Assembly: GCA_951406725.2 (NCBI GenBank)
Contig: OX597819.1
Span: 69,378,001-69,442,000, forward strand
Length of the DNA stretch: 64,000 nucleotides
Direction of reading: 5' to 3'
Origin: Octopus vulgaris
Taxonomy: Eukaryota
The notes under the pieces were generated by a model. It had not been told where the DNA came from and ran no database searches. It saw only the letters and a program-made list of their open reading frames with translations. Of the stretch, positions 1 to 10,297 are shown piece by piece. How positions within the stretch are numbered: the stretch's first letter is position 1; every line of letters begins with the position of its first letter. Both the position numbers and the translations under genes were made by a program.

Positions 1-45
1 CAGTCAAATGACTGAAACAAGTATAAGAGTTTAAGAGTAAGAGTC
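1..45 (+). mobile_element. 3' tail of tRNA-derived SINE (family B), cut by window edge
   Basis: cagtcaaatgactgaaacaagta(aagag)n is the reverse complement of the tail of the family B copy at 38725-38770 (tttactcttttacttgtttcagtcatttgactg). Confidence 0.75.
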
Positions 46-138
46 TATATTTGCTTATGTGAATATATATGTATGAGGGGGGTGAATAGATATGTATATA
101 TAAATATAAATGTATGGATCTATAAATATATATATATA

Positions 139-460
139 GTGACAGTGGTTACTGTGAAAAACATTATATATTACTTGCGAGGGGACTCCTTAATCGAAGA
201 CCGATGCTTACCATGCGTTGACGAGAGGCAATTACCTTGAAACTATAGTCCGTATGTAGTACTCGGGTCTTCGAGGGAGGATGACCTCCCTTTGCAAGTA
301 ACACAAGGACACTGATAGTGTCTAAAGTCCTTCTGGTGTCATTGATCGCCTGGGCCTAAAAGCCTCAGTAACACCCCCCCCCCCCCCCCAGTGGCTAGCC
401 ACATTCAGATGGCTGATACCCCTTACGTTGTCGAGCGGTTACTGTTTATATCTCGTTCAG
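139..460 (+). mobile_element. Short hammerhead-bearing non-autonomous element (Penelope pLTR/retrozyme-like), copy 1
   Basis: Homologous to 3490-3772 (shared ggatgacctccctttgcaa, cagtaacacc, gatggc). Contains a hammerhead motif and is flanked by TA runs. Confidence 0.7.
212..256 (+). ncRNA. Minimal type I hammerhead ribozyme (C3U variant)
   Basis: catgcg-TTGACGA-gaggc aatt acctt-GAAA-ctatag-TC-cgtatg. Stem I is catgcg/cgtatg, stem III is the palindrome ACTATAGT, cleavage triplet GUC. Confidence 0.7.
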
Positions 461-748
461 AGATTTATTATTGTTATATATATATATATATAGATATATA
501 TATATAATTTCTGCAGTTATTATCAGTGTAATTTGGGGGTTTAAATAAGAGTTTTGACTGTTATTTCGAGGAGGTAGACATACCTAGTATATCTTTTGAT
601 TAATTTTTATCCTTCAGCTATTCAATGCTTTTAAGGGCTTGCAATCGCCTATATTATTGATTCTGTAATTGTCATTTTAAAATTGTTACACTAGATAATA
701 GCATAGGCAATGATATCTTAATTATTTTTCTCGTGAATTATTTGCTCC

Positions 749-785
<37 letters not shown>

Positions 786-1026
786 TGTCTTTATCCATCG
801 CCATAATGATATTTAAAAAATATTTCTAATGTAGATAGGTTTGTGTGTGTTTGTGTCTTATGTTCGTATAAAATGTCGTGCTTGCGTGTGTATCCGTGAT
901 ACGTATGGTATTTGTACGCAGCCTTATTTACATTTTGTGGTGATTCAAATTAACTTTGCCGTTCACATGTACGAACATTTATCTCTGATCTTTTATTTGA
1001 ATGCAATTCTATAGAATATTTTACAG

Positions 1027-1307
1027 GCAATCTCTCTGCATCTAATCCAAGAGCAGCTGTAATTTCTAATCCCTGTAATAATGAGGCGACACAGTGTGAT
1101 AGAGCCCATATATTTGAAGATTATGAGCGTGTTCCATTCAATTGACGTTAATATAATAACCGTTGTTACGTTTAGAAAATCATCCAAAAATATGGTGAAA
1201 GAAAGTGAAATCTCGATTCCTTTCTTTTATGATTTCTATTCATAATTTGGAGATACGCAACTAAAGAGCAAAGTGTCTCAATGAATTACATTTTGACCAT
1301 TTCTCAG
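1027..1307 (+). pseudogene. Possible decayed exon: EGF-like motif followed by a C-type-lectin-like N-terminus
   Basis: Acceptor ttttacag at 1026, donor cag|gtgaga at 1307. Translation SNPCNNEATQC..FEDYERVPFN*R*YNNRCYV*, with MISIHNLE later. Several stops. Confidence 0.35.
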
Positions 1308-1440
1308 GTGAGAAAATTATTACTTGATCTTCAAATTTACCTGGTGTTCTCTGCACGCCATATGCTCAAATTATGGCGGATTGCATTTTCAACTATACAT
1401 TTCTGTCAAGTATTTGTGTTCCGAAATACAAATTGTTAAA

Positions 1441-1665
1441 GCAGCGAGCTGACAGAAAGATTAGCACGCCTGGCCAAAATGCTCAGCAGTATTTCATCTC
1501 TCATTACGTTCTGAGTTCAAGTTTCGCTGAGGTCGACCTTGCCTTTCATCCTTTCGGGGTCGATAGATTACGTACCAGTCGCATAATGGGATTGATCTAA
1601 TCGACTGACACCCCTCTCGAAAAATTTTGGGCCTGTGGCTAGAGTGGAAAATAAATACCAAATTG
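1441..1665 (+). mobile_element. tRNA-derived SINE (family A, Meta-domain-like core)
   Basis: A-box-like gagctgacagaaagattagc, B-box-like gagttcaagtttcgc, core gcctttcatcctttcggggtcgatagattacgtaccag. Many copies in the window. Confidence 0.85.
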
Positions 1666-1675
1666 TTGTTATAGA

Positions 1676-1905
1676 GAGGCACATAGTGACAAGCTGACAA
1701 AATTGTTACAGCGTCGTACAAAAAATGCCTTGCCGTATTAAGCTTGTCTCTTTGATTTGGGTTCATTTCTCATTGAGGTGATGTATACCTTGCATTAGCG
1801 ATGGGGTCGATAAATTAATGCACTAGTTAAGTACTGAGGTTAATGGTTTTGATTACCTCCTACTCGAGAAATGACTGCTCTTGTACCTAGATCATAAACC
1901 GTTAG
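1676..1905 (+). mobile_element. Degenerate family A SINE, tandem to the previous copy
   Basis: gacaagctgacaaaattgtta...gggttcatttctc...ggggtcgataaattaatgcactag. Confidence 0.65.
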
Positions 1906-2084
1906 AGCAAGGAAAAGGTTGATGAGTGAGTCGCGACACGAAATTATTTCAGAAACTTTAGCTACATTACAAAGCTCTAAATCTCATTAAGTATTTTCTA
2001 AACAGATTAGCATACGTTAAACGAAAAACAAGGTATTTCATTATTATTTACAATTTTCCATACAAATTATACCGTACAAACATA

Positions 2085-2238
2085 GAAGGAAATTGTTATT
2101 CTCAAAGGCAGTATAGTATAGTATGAACATGATAAACTATCCATATTTTGCATAAAATCTGTCGGTCACCAGCCACAAGATTCGAACTCACATCCCTATG
2201 ATTACGCGTCAAGTGTTTTAACATTAAGCTAAACTGCC
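2085..2238 (-). mobile_element. tRNA-headed SINE-like fragment (family D)
   Basis: Minus strand reads ggcagtttagcttaatgttaaaacacttgacgcgtaatcatagggatgtgagttcgaatc (A/B boxes). Homologous to 2379-2518. Confidence 0.65.
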
Positions 2239-2298
2239 CGAACGACAAATTCTTCCGCAAATTTACGATATATAAATCTAGCTTTATAAGACGCTACC

Positions 2299-2661
2299 GT
2301 ATGTTAAATTCAACTTGCGTTGAAAGTCAACAAAGTTCGCTTTAGAAGCGTTGAGATGTATTGAAAGATACAGATAAGGAAATAATTTTATTCTCAAACG
2401 CAGGATAATGCTAATAATATAGCGTGAGCAGGATAAATTATCCATATTTTGCAGAAAAACCTGTCGGCGGCCAGCGATGAGACTCGAACGCACATCCCTG
2501 TGATTATGCGTCAAGTATTTTATCCTATTCGTGCTATATTATTAGCATTATCCTGCGATTGAGAATAAAATTATTTTCTTGTCTGTATCTTTCAATACAT
2601 CTCAACACTTCTAAAGCAAACTAGGTTCGTTGACTTTCAACGTAAGTTGAATTTAACGTAC
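2299..2661. mobile_element. Family D element with ~140-bp inverted arms around a tRNA-like loop
   Basis: 2299-2437 and 2519-2661 are near reverse complements. The loop has a minus-strand B-box gcgttcgagtc. Confidence 0.8.
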
Positions 2662-3244
2662 AAATATATGTTTGTCACTAATACATGCTGTAAGGGGTTT
2701 ATGCAATTAAAACACAATTAAGACAAAATTCCATTGGGGATCTGTAAAAAAATACCTGATTAGAAATAATGTAAAATTAATTCAATTGGATACAAAATGC
2801 AAAAAAGAATATGGAAATTTCATTTTGTTTCCTTGAAACATTGGTTCGTAATATCGGTTCAAGATCAGAAATTTCGTGAGGGTCGGCAAAGTTGATTAAA
2901 TTTAACCCACTGTTTGACTGGTATATTTTTTTCTATCTACCGATGAAATGCTTGTAATTATCGGAGAGGCTAACAATGAATCTGCTATATCACTACCTTC
3001 AACGCAAGACAAAATAGATACTAGTGTATGCAAATAATTCTATGACTGAATCTACACAGGAATCAGGAAGTGGCACATAATGTTGATTCTTGGAGTATTT
3101 TTAAGATGTTTAAATTCTTGTATATTCACCTGGAGAAAACGTTTTTTTTTTTCGCATAATGCAATAACTAAATTCATCAATATCTCGTATCATAACTCGT
3201 ATGAAATAGCTGTAGTAAATGAACCAATCTCCAACTGTTGGTGT

Positions 3245-3285
<41 letters not shown>

Positions 3286-3330
3286 CATAATAAATCTCTG
3301 AACGAGGTATAGACAATAACTGCACAACAA

Positions 3331-3772
3331 TGTGAGGTATATTTGCCATCTCAACATGGCTAACCACTAAGGGTGGGTGTTACTGTAGCTTATAGCCCCA
3401 GGAAAACATCTCCTCCAGCTGGCTTTAGGCACACTTTCTGTGCCCTAAGATATTTGCAAAGGGAGGTCATCCTTCAGTTTTTCGAGATCAGTGACGAAAC
3501 GTTACTGGAAAAATGATATAAGTATTTGCATTGTGATCCCTTTCATCGAAAACCGGTGATTGTCGTACGCTGATGACAGGTCAATACCTAGAAACTGCAG
3601 TCCGTGCGTATCACTTAGGTTGACGAGGGAAGGATGACCTCCCTTTGCAAATACCTTAGGGCACAGAAATGTGCCTAAAGCCAGATGGAGGAAATGTTCT
3701 CCTGGGGCTATAAGCTACAGTAACACCTACCCTTAATGGTTAGCTATATTGAGATGGCAAATATACCTCACA
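3331..3772 (+). mobile_element. Fold-back element with ~145-bp inverted arms and a hammerhead in the loop (copy 2 of the 139-460 family)
   Basis: Arm 3331-3475 (tgtgaggtatatttgccatctc...gggaggtcatccttc) versus arm 3629-3772 (gaaggatgacctccc...gagatggcaaatatacctcaca). A (TA)n run follows. Confidence 0.85.
3564..3608 (+). ncRNA. Minimal type I hammerhead ribozyme
   Basis: cgtacg-CTGATGA-caggt caat accta-GAAA-ctgcag-TC-cgtgcg. Complete core, palindromic stem III ACTGCAGT, GUC site at 3600-3602. Confidence 0.8.
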
Positions 3773-3793
3773 TATATATATATACATATGTAC

Positions 3794-3843
<50 letters not shown>

Positions 3844-3869
3844 GCACATATATATATATATGCGTAATG

Positions 3870-4514
3870 TTCATCGCCACTTAAACATGGCTGTTCTGTA
3901 GGAACCGACATTCCTGCTACTTTTTGCCCCGAGACGGACGCCTACTCCATCCACGTTTACGTGGCAATAACCATTACTTCGTTATAGTTATTGTTTTATC
4001 TCTTACAGAGGTTTTTCTAACAAGCTAATTTGCTTGTGGCAAAACTAGTAGCTGTGTCGCTTGTTTTCTATATATTGCGAACTGGAATGAACTACTGCAA
4101 TCTCTAGCGAGCGAATATCGACCACGATGAGGTACTGTCAAATGATCAACAAGCTGGAGCATCATAGTGCTTCACTCCCCTTGCAATATATGTTGGGTGG
4201 AGGCGGCGAGCTGGCAGAATCGTTAGCACGCCGGGCGAAAAGCTTAGCGATATTTGGTCTGCCGTTACGTTCTAGGTTCAAATTCCGCCAAGGTCGACTT
4301 TGCCTTCCATTCTTTTGTGGTCGATTAAAGAAGTACCAGTTACTCACTGAGGTCGATGTAATCGAATTAATCCCTTTCTCTGTCCGTGTTTGTCCCCTCT
4401 ATGTTCAGCCCCTAGTAGACAATAAACAAATAAATATATATCGGGTAGAATTTGCACCGAATATACCACATGGAAGAGGTTCCTATGGAACAGCCATGTT
4501 TGAGTGGCGATAAA
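3870..4514. mobile_element. MITE-like element with ~37-bp TIRs and a nested SINE
   Basis: ttcatcgccacttaaacatggctgttctgtaggaacc (3870-3906) versus ggttcctatggaacagccatgtttgagtggcgataaa (4478-4514). Confidence 0.75.
4199..4440 (+). mobile_element. Family A SINE
   Basis: ggcggcgagctggcagaatcgttagcacgccggg...ggttcaaattccgccaaggtcgactttgccttcc...aataaacaaataaatata tail. Confidence 0.9.
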
Positions 4515-4584
4515 AATGATTTCTCAGTACAATTATTGCTTTCATCTCTTATAAAGATTTTCTTAACTAGTTAAATTTGCTTGT

Positions 4585-4910
4585 TTATATATATATATAT
4601 ATACATATATGCACATATATATATATACATATATATGCACATGTATGTGTATATATATACATATATACATACATACATACATACATACATACAAAAATAC
4701 AATGTTATTGATGTTGAAATTCTAAAAAGGCACCTTGGATCTAGATTAGAAGCCGCTTCTTTCTCTATTGGCAAGAAATATTGAATTAAAACTGCACAAT
4801 GATATATATACATACATACATACATACATACATACATACATACATACATACATACATACATACATACATGCAGAAATGCATTCATACATACATATACATG
4901 TGTATATACT
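4585..4910. repeat. (TA)n/(TACA)n microsatellites
   Basis: Directly visible. Confidence 0.95.
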
Positions 4911-5067
4911 TGAGTCGCATTTGTAACTTTACTGACATAACGAAACCGGACACACATGCACGCACAAGTGCGAATTCAAATTACTTGGGTTTCTGTGAAA
5001 AGCACATGTACTACCGTACAAACACATCGATCAGAAAAACACATACTAGTATTCCTTTCCTTATTTT

Positions 5068-5930
5068 AAGTGGTATGATCAATAAGTATCCGGAGTGTTG
5101 CTATAGTAACGAAGCTAAAGCATGATAAGTGAAGCCGCTTCACTTGAAATCTGTTGTGCATGTGTTTACTTCCACTGTTTTAGCAATGCTCGGAAGGAAG
5201 GGGTTTAGCGTGTGATCGTCGCATTGGCCATGACAGAGTAAGTTGAGCAGATAATCTGCATCACGCTTCGCCAAAAGCTTGGCAATACCTGCTGAAAGGC
5301 CTACACAAAGTTTTCACAAAGTTTTCATCGTGTCCGACACAATCAAGGATACCTTATGTCACTGAAACCCTAATGTCATTTTGGTCAACTGAAAGCAGTT
5401 TTGGCACAAACTTGGCAGACACGCGTCTCATAAAAAAATCTTCAGTGATAATGGACTGAACTGAACTGTAACTAATCTGTACATCCTCTGATATCTCACG
5501 GATGGTGAGTCGACGGTTTCCCCTCACAGCTGCACGTACATCTGCGATGTTTTTCTCAGTGCCACTGGTTGCAGATCTCTAAGAACGTTCATCAATATCG
5601 AAATTTTTTCCGCCATCTTGGAAACGTCTGTACCACTGGTACACTTGTGTGCAGTTCATAGACTCTACTCCATACACTTTCTGCAACTTTGCGTAGGCCT
5701 CCGAACAAGTATCGCCATGACAACTTTCTCTGTCATGGTAACTGAGATGATCACAGTTTACACACCTTCATTCAAAGCACTGCTATAAACAGCGGAATTG
5801 ACCTAGACGGCCAAATCTTTTGTGCGCATGCAGAGCAGAGATCACGGTCACGTTGCTAAGCGATTTCAGATCCAGTCCTTTAACTTCGTTACTATGACGA
5901 CTGTCCTGATACTTATTGATCAGATCTCTT
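5068..5930. mobile_element. Mariner derivative made of two inverted 5' ends
   Basis: TIR-like ends ggtatgatcaataagtatccgg and cctgatacttattgatcagatctc. Minus-strand transposase N-terminus GDTCSEAYAKLQKVYG...VYQWYRRFQDG...RRLTIREIS...MRRVSAKFVPKLL. Plus strand EQIICITLRQKLGNTC. Confidence 0.85.
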
Positions 5931-5964
5931 ATGCAAAGAGCAAAAGATTTGATTAAAATGAAGT

Positions 5965-6262
5965 AGCTACTCCGTCGGTTACAACAACGAAATATCCCAG
6001 TTGATCCGATTAACGGAACAGCCTGCTCATGAAATTAAGCGTAACTGGTTGAGCATTCCACAAACACGAATATCTTTAACGTGATACAGCGTGACACAGA
6101 ATGTGATAAATCTGACCTTTTGAAACACAGATTCTACTTTGAGTGGACAGCGGCAGCCGGAAATAAAGTATCTTGCTCGAGAGACACAGCGCACACGACC
6201 GGGAATCGAAATCAAGAGGGTGAGCTGAATGCCCTAACCACTGAGCTACGCGCCTCCACTGT
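5965..6262 (-). mobile_element. tRNA-derived SINE (family C)
   Basis: Minus head ggaggcgcgtagctcagtggttagggcattc...gatttcgattcccggtc. Body ctccgtcggttac...gttgatccgat..acggaacagcc is shared with 55760-56135. Confidence 0.85.
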
Positions 6263-7199
6263 GGAAAGTAAATTATAGTTACTATGATGAAGAGATTATA
6301 TTCAAAACCAGATCTATGCATGGGAGTAATTATTTTGAGTAATTATTTAAAAGAACAGCTTTAATATATCTGACTTTGATTGGAAGATTAAGATTCGACT
6401 ACTGTCTATATGGCATTCATCCCAGTTTGACGGAAAAAAAATTCACGAGCCTGAAGACAGTAGCAAACAAATTGTGTTTCAATGGTTATCATGAAATCGG
6501 CCAAATATACACTTATACAAGTTATGGCAGTTAGTTCCATGTTGTTTGTCATATTTTCTAATTTTCATCCATGATAATCAAATTATACTATCAAGTTTCT
6601 TCGTCACATATCCATACATAGAGGTACTTTTATCGAAGTGGCTCATGCTAAATCATTTTAATTCTTTGATATCATACGTGTTCAGAAAAAGGTTAGTTAG
6701 TCACACTTCAATATAATGGGCAATTAGGTCTTTTTGCGTACAAGTAGAGCATTTGTCAGTCGAAACCGTCGCCAGACACTTTGTCATTTAATAAAGGAAA
6801 TGTTAGACTTGTTTACCTCTTGAATTTCCCTGGAATCGCTACGATTTTATTCCAATGGAAATCCGTTTACGATATTCCATGGCGTGTTTTCTTCCCTCCT
6901 CCTTCTCCTCCTGTTATCGTTGGCTCCTTCCTTTGGAGAATTTATCCAAATGAAGTTAACATTTAGAAATTAATGAATTATTCTTGTTGTATTCGTCAAT
7001 GTGGATTACGACATTTTTGTTGTAGCTGTTGTTGTTGTTGTTAGTGTTGTTGAGAAGAAAGAATAATAAAAGCAATTAATAAAAATGAAAGGAATGGAGA
7101 GAGATGTTTAAAATAATACAAGAGGTGGGTGGCGGAAAAGACTGGAACGGAACAGAAAATATTGGAAATTGTAAAGATTTTGAAGATATCTCGTTTGAC

Positions 7200-7240
7200 A
7201 ACATGGAAAAGGGAAGGGAAGACGGAGAGAAAGAGTCAGC

Positions 7241-7305
<65 letters not shown>

Positions 7306-7640
7306 AAGGGGAGAGAGAAGGGAGAAAGAGAGAGAAAACTGATGGTGAGTGAAAGAGAGACAGAGAGAAACAAAGGCAAAGACAGACAAGGGGAAAGAGA
7401 AGTAAGATCATAGAAGCTGAGAGAGACAAAGACAGACAGATAGAAACAAAAAGCCAGGCTGAGTGATGCAGAGAGTGAGAGAGAAACTGAGAAAGGGACG
7501 GCTAGAAAAAGAGAGACAGATAAATAATAACAAACTGAAAGAAAGACAGAGTAACAGAGATACGAGGGGGAGAGGGTGAAAGAGAGAGAAATGAGAGGGA
7601 GAGAGAAATGGAGAGGAAGGGAAGAGAGAAAAGAGATTAG
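7200..7640. repeat. Purine-rich tract including (GATA)n
   Basis: About 440 bp that is mostly G/A on the + strand, with (GATA)n at 7241-7304. Confidence 0.9.
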
Positions 7641-7983
7641 ATGTGAATGATAATGGAAATGTCAAGTAACAAACTTCTACAAGTAATGAAAAATTACTAA
7701 CGAAATCTGAAAACAAAATTGAAAACAGTGAAATAGGGGTAATGAAGCAATTTACACTCTAAAATAAGTGAAATGTTTTGTAAAGAAAAGAAAATAAACA
7801 TGAAAAACTCTATATTAAAATGGCATGAACTTGTCAAGTACTTGACAAAGTATGAAGGAGAAAAACATTAACTGCTTGAGTATATGTATTACACACTGCC
7901 GAAGCATTAATCAGCGGATAACGCATAACTTCGTAAACATAACTTTGTTTGTTACACTCACTTTTTACTTTTTCGTCTTCCTA

Positions 7984-7984
<1 letters not shown>

Positions 7985-8060
<76 letters not shown>
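7985..8060. repeat. (ATT)n microsatellite
   Basis: Directly visible. Confidence 0.98.
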
Positions 8061-8529
8061 GCTATATTTTCCTTTTCGTGAATGAATGTTCGCAATAATA
8101 ATAAGTTCATGACATTACAATTTTTACAGTACTTGCTCGTTGCTAACATATTTCTTCAACGGATGACTATTTGGTTTTGAGTGAAGGCATGATCGTTATT
8201 GGTACTTAGACTATAGAAAGAAAAGGAAAGAAAAAAAAAACGAAACAATATGTTGTATAATGCAGAGAAATTTTTATTATCCAAATCTGATAGAGTTATC
8301 AAAAGTCGCACATGCATTTAGATGGTTGCAGTTGTGGTTTGTGTTTCAAGCTAGATTTGATCCAGAAAACTTATGTCCAGCAAACAACATAGGCTGTTTC
8401 CTTTCCAGGAACAGTATTACGTTGTCTAGGGTGTCGTTCCCTTTTTTTGCGAGGGTTTAAGGGAATATCGTTTTTGTATTAATTATGCAAGACTCTTGAT
8501 GCGACGAGTATGTTCAAAATAGATATTGC

Positions 8530-8866
8530 TGTATTCTGAGGATCATTGCACCAATAATAAACATATGCACTGGTTTTATTGCACTTCTTTATTATTTGTC
8601 AATTGGTAAAATATTTAACCAATTAAATAATCGATTGCTTCAATTATCATCCGATCAATCAGTCAATCAATCAGTTGTGAATGGCCAGAAGCTAGCCTGG
8701 AGGGCGTATCATTGAAGAGGCAATGTATAGTGATTGATTGATTGATTGATTGTCTATCGACTTCTTATTTGCTTAAATAGTTAATCAATTGACAAATAAT
8801 GAAGAAGTGAAGAAAATTGAACCGATGTGTGTGGTTAATATGGGCAGAATGACTCTGCCGAAATAC
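8530..8866. mobile_element. Old fold-back/MITE-like element
   Basis: cacttctttattatttgtcaattg (8582) versus caattgacaaataatgaagaagtg (ends 8809). Inner (tcaa)n/(ttga)n are complementary, with looser pairing further out. Confidence 0.7.
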
Positions 8867-9359
8867 CACAAAATTTTTAACGGTTTTTGGCAGCTATTTC
8901 TAGCTGCTTGAGCGAGTGCATAGCCCTTTCATATTAACCTCCTTTCACAATAAAGCAACTGCTGAAAGCGCTACCTTGTGTTTTGTTCTTATCAAATACT
9001 CCCACTTAATCTTCCGACATTTCTCCGACATCATCTAGGAAGCATAGATTTTGAGTTGGTTTCCGAATTCTACAAAAATACCGAATTTAGCTTTGCATAG
9101 GCCTACTCGCAATCAATATAATCTGGCTCTGTGGTGGGTATGTCACTCGAAAAGGCTTGAGATTTTACTCTTTCCTCCATGTATCTGAGGAAGGTTCTTC
9201 CATGTCAAACTTTCCACAACCGTCACTTAAACCGACAATCCTCCGAAAATTGTGTGTCAGTCACATATATGTATACATTATTGTTTTAGACAATAATAAA
9301 TGGGACACCGACTACATTTATTCAGTGCTTTTTACTTTCGTTTGTGCATATATATATAT

Positions 9360-9640
9360 GAGCTCGAATCCCGGACCGGGCTGCGTGTTGTGTTCTTGTG
9401 CAAGGCACTTTATTTCACGTTGCTTCAGTTCACTCAGATGTAGAAATGAGTTCCGACGTCACTGGTGCCAAGCTGTATCGACCTTTGTCTTTCCCTTGGA
9501 TAACACTGGTGGCGTGGAGAGGGGAGGCTGGTATACATGGGCGACTGCTGGACTTCCATAAACAACCTTGCCCGGACTTGTGTCTAGGAGGGTAACTTTC
9601 TAGGTGCAATCCCATGGTCATTCATGACCGAAGGGGGTCT
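9360..9640 (+). mobile_element. 5'-truncated tRNA-derived SINE with CORE-like segment
   Basis: B-box gctcgaatcccgg followed by gtgttcttgtgcaaggcactttatttcac...ttcactcagatgtagaaatgag. Confidence 0.7.
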
Positions 9641-9702
9641 TTATATATATATATATATATATATTTATTTATTTATATATATAGAATATATATATTTATA
9701 TA

Positions 9703-9751
<49 letters not shown>

Positions 9752-9772
9752 TTATTTATTTATATATATAGA

Positions 9773-9806
<34 letters not shown>

Positions 9807-9809
9807 CGA

Positions 9810-10297
9810 AGCCCAATATACCCATCATGACTACCCGTCTGATAAGGGTACACTAGGCACATGCACCACAACCATATGTGCGCGACATAGCGTTCTGATA
9901 TCAAGATAAAGAGCGCATGACCTTGCAGGTGGGGCCCAGTTAGAATTTTCGTCTGGTCAAGTAACCCATCCCGCTCAAAAGGTACCTTAATAAGGATTCT
10001 TTAAGGATGTTGAACGAAACACCAATGTTTCCAGAGGTGAATTATTCAAACCCCAAAGAATCCTTCTCAACACATGGCTATGATGCTCCCCCACAATCAC
10101 AGATGCACATATCGTCAGCCACTAAGTGACATGCTCAACTGGTTAAGTTCAAACAACTGACAAGCAAATCCGTGGCATTGAGCAGAATATTTGCTGTAAC
10201 CCATCTCTTGTACCAAGATAAAACACTGCACATGATAACACTTCCAACCCGTTAAGATCAGAAGCCACAAGAGCCACTGCATGGTACTGCATCAGGA
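9810..10297 (-). mobile_element. Unclassified repeat-like block next to the (TAA)n tail of the Dong element
   Basis: GC-richer block between (TA)n and (ATT)n. It may be a retroelement 5' UTR or a non-autonomous partner; this cannot be verified here. Confidence 0.4.
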
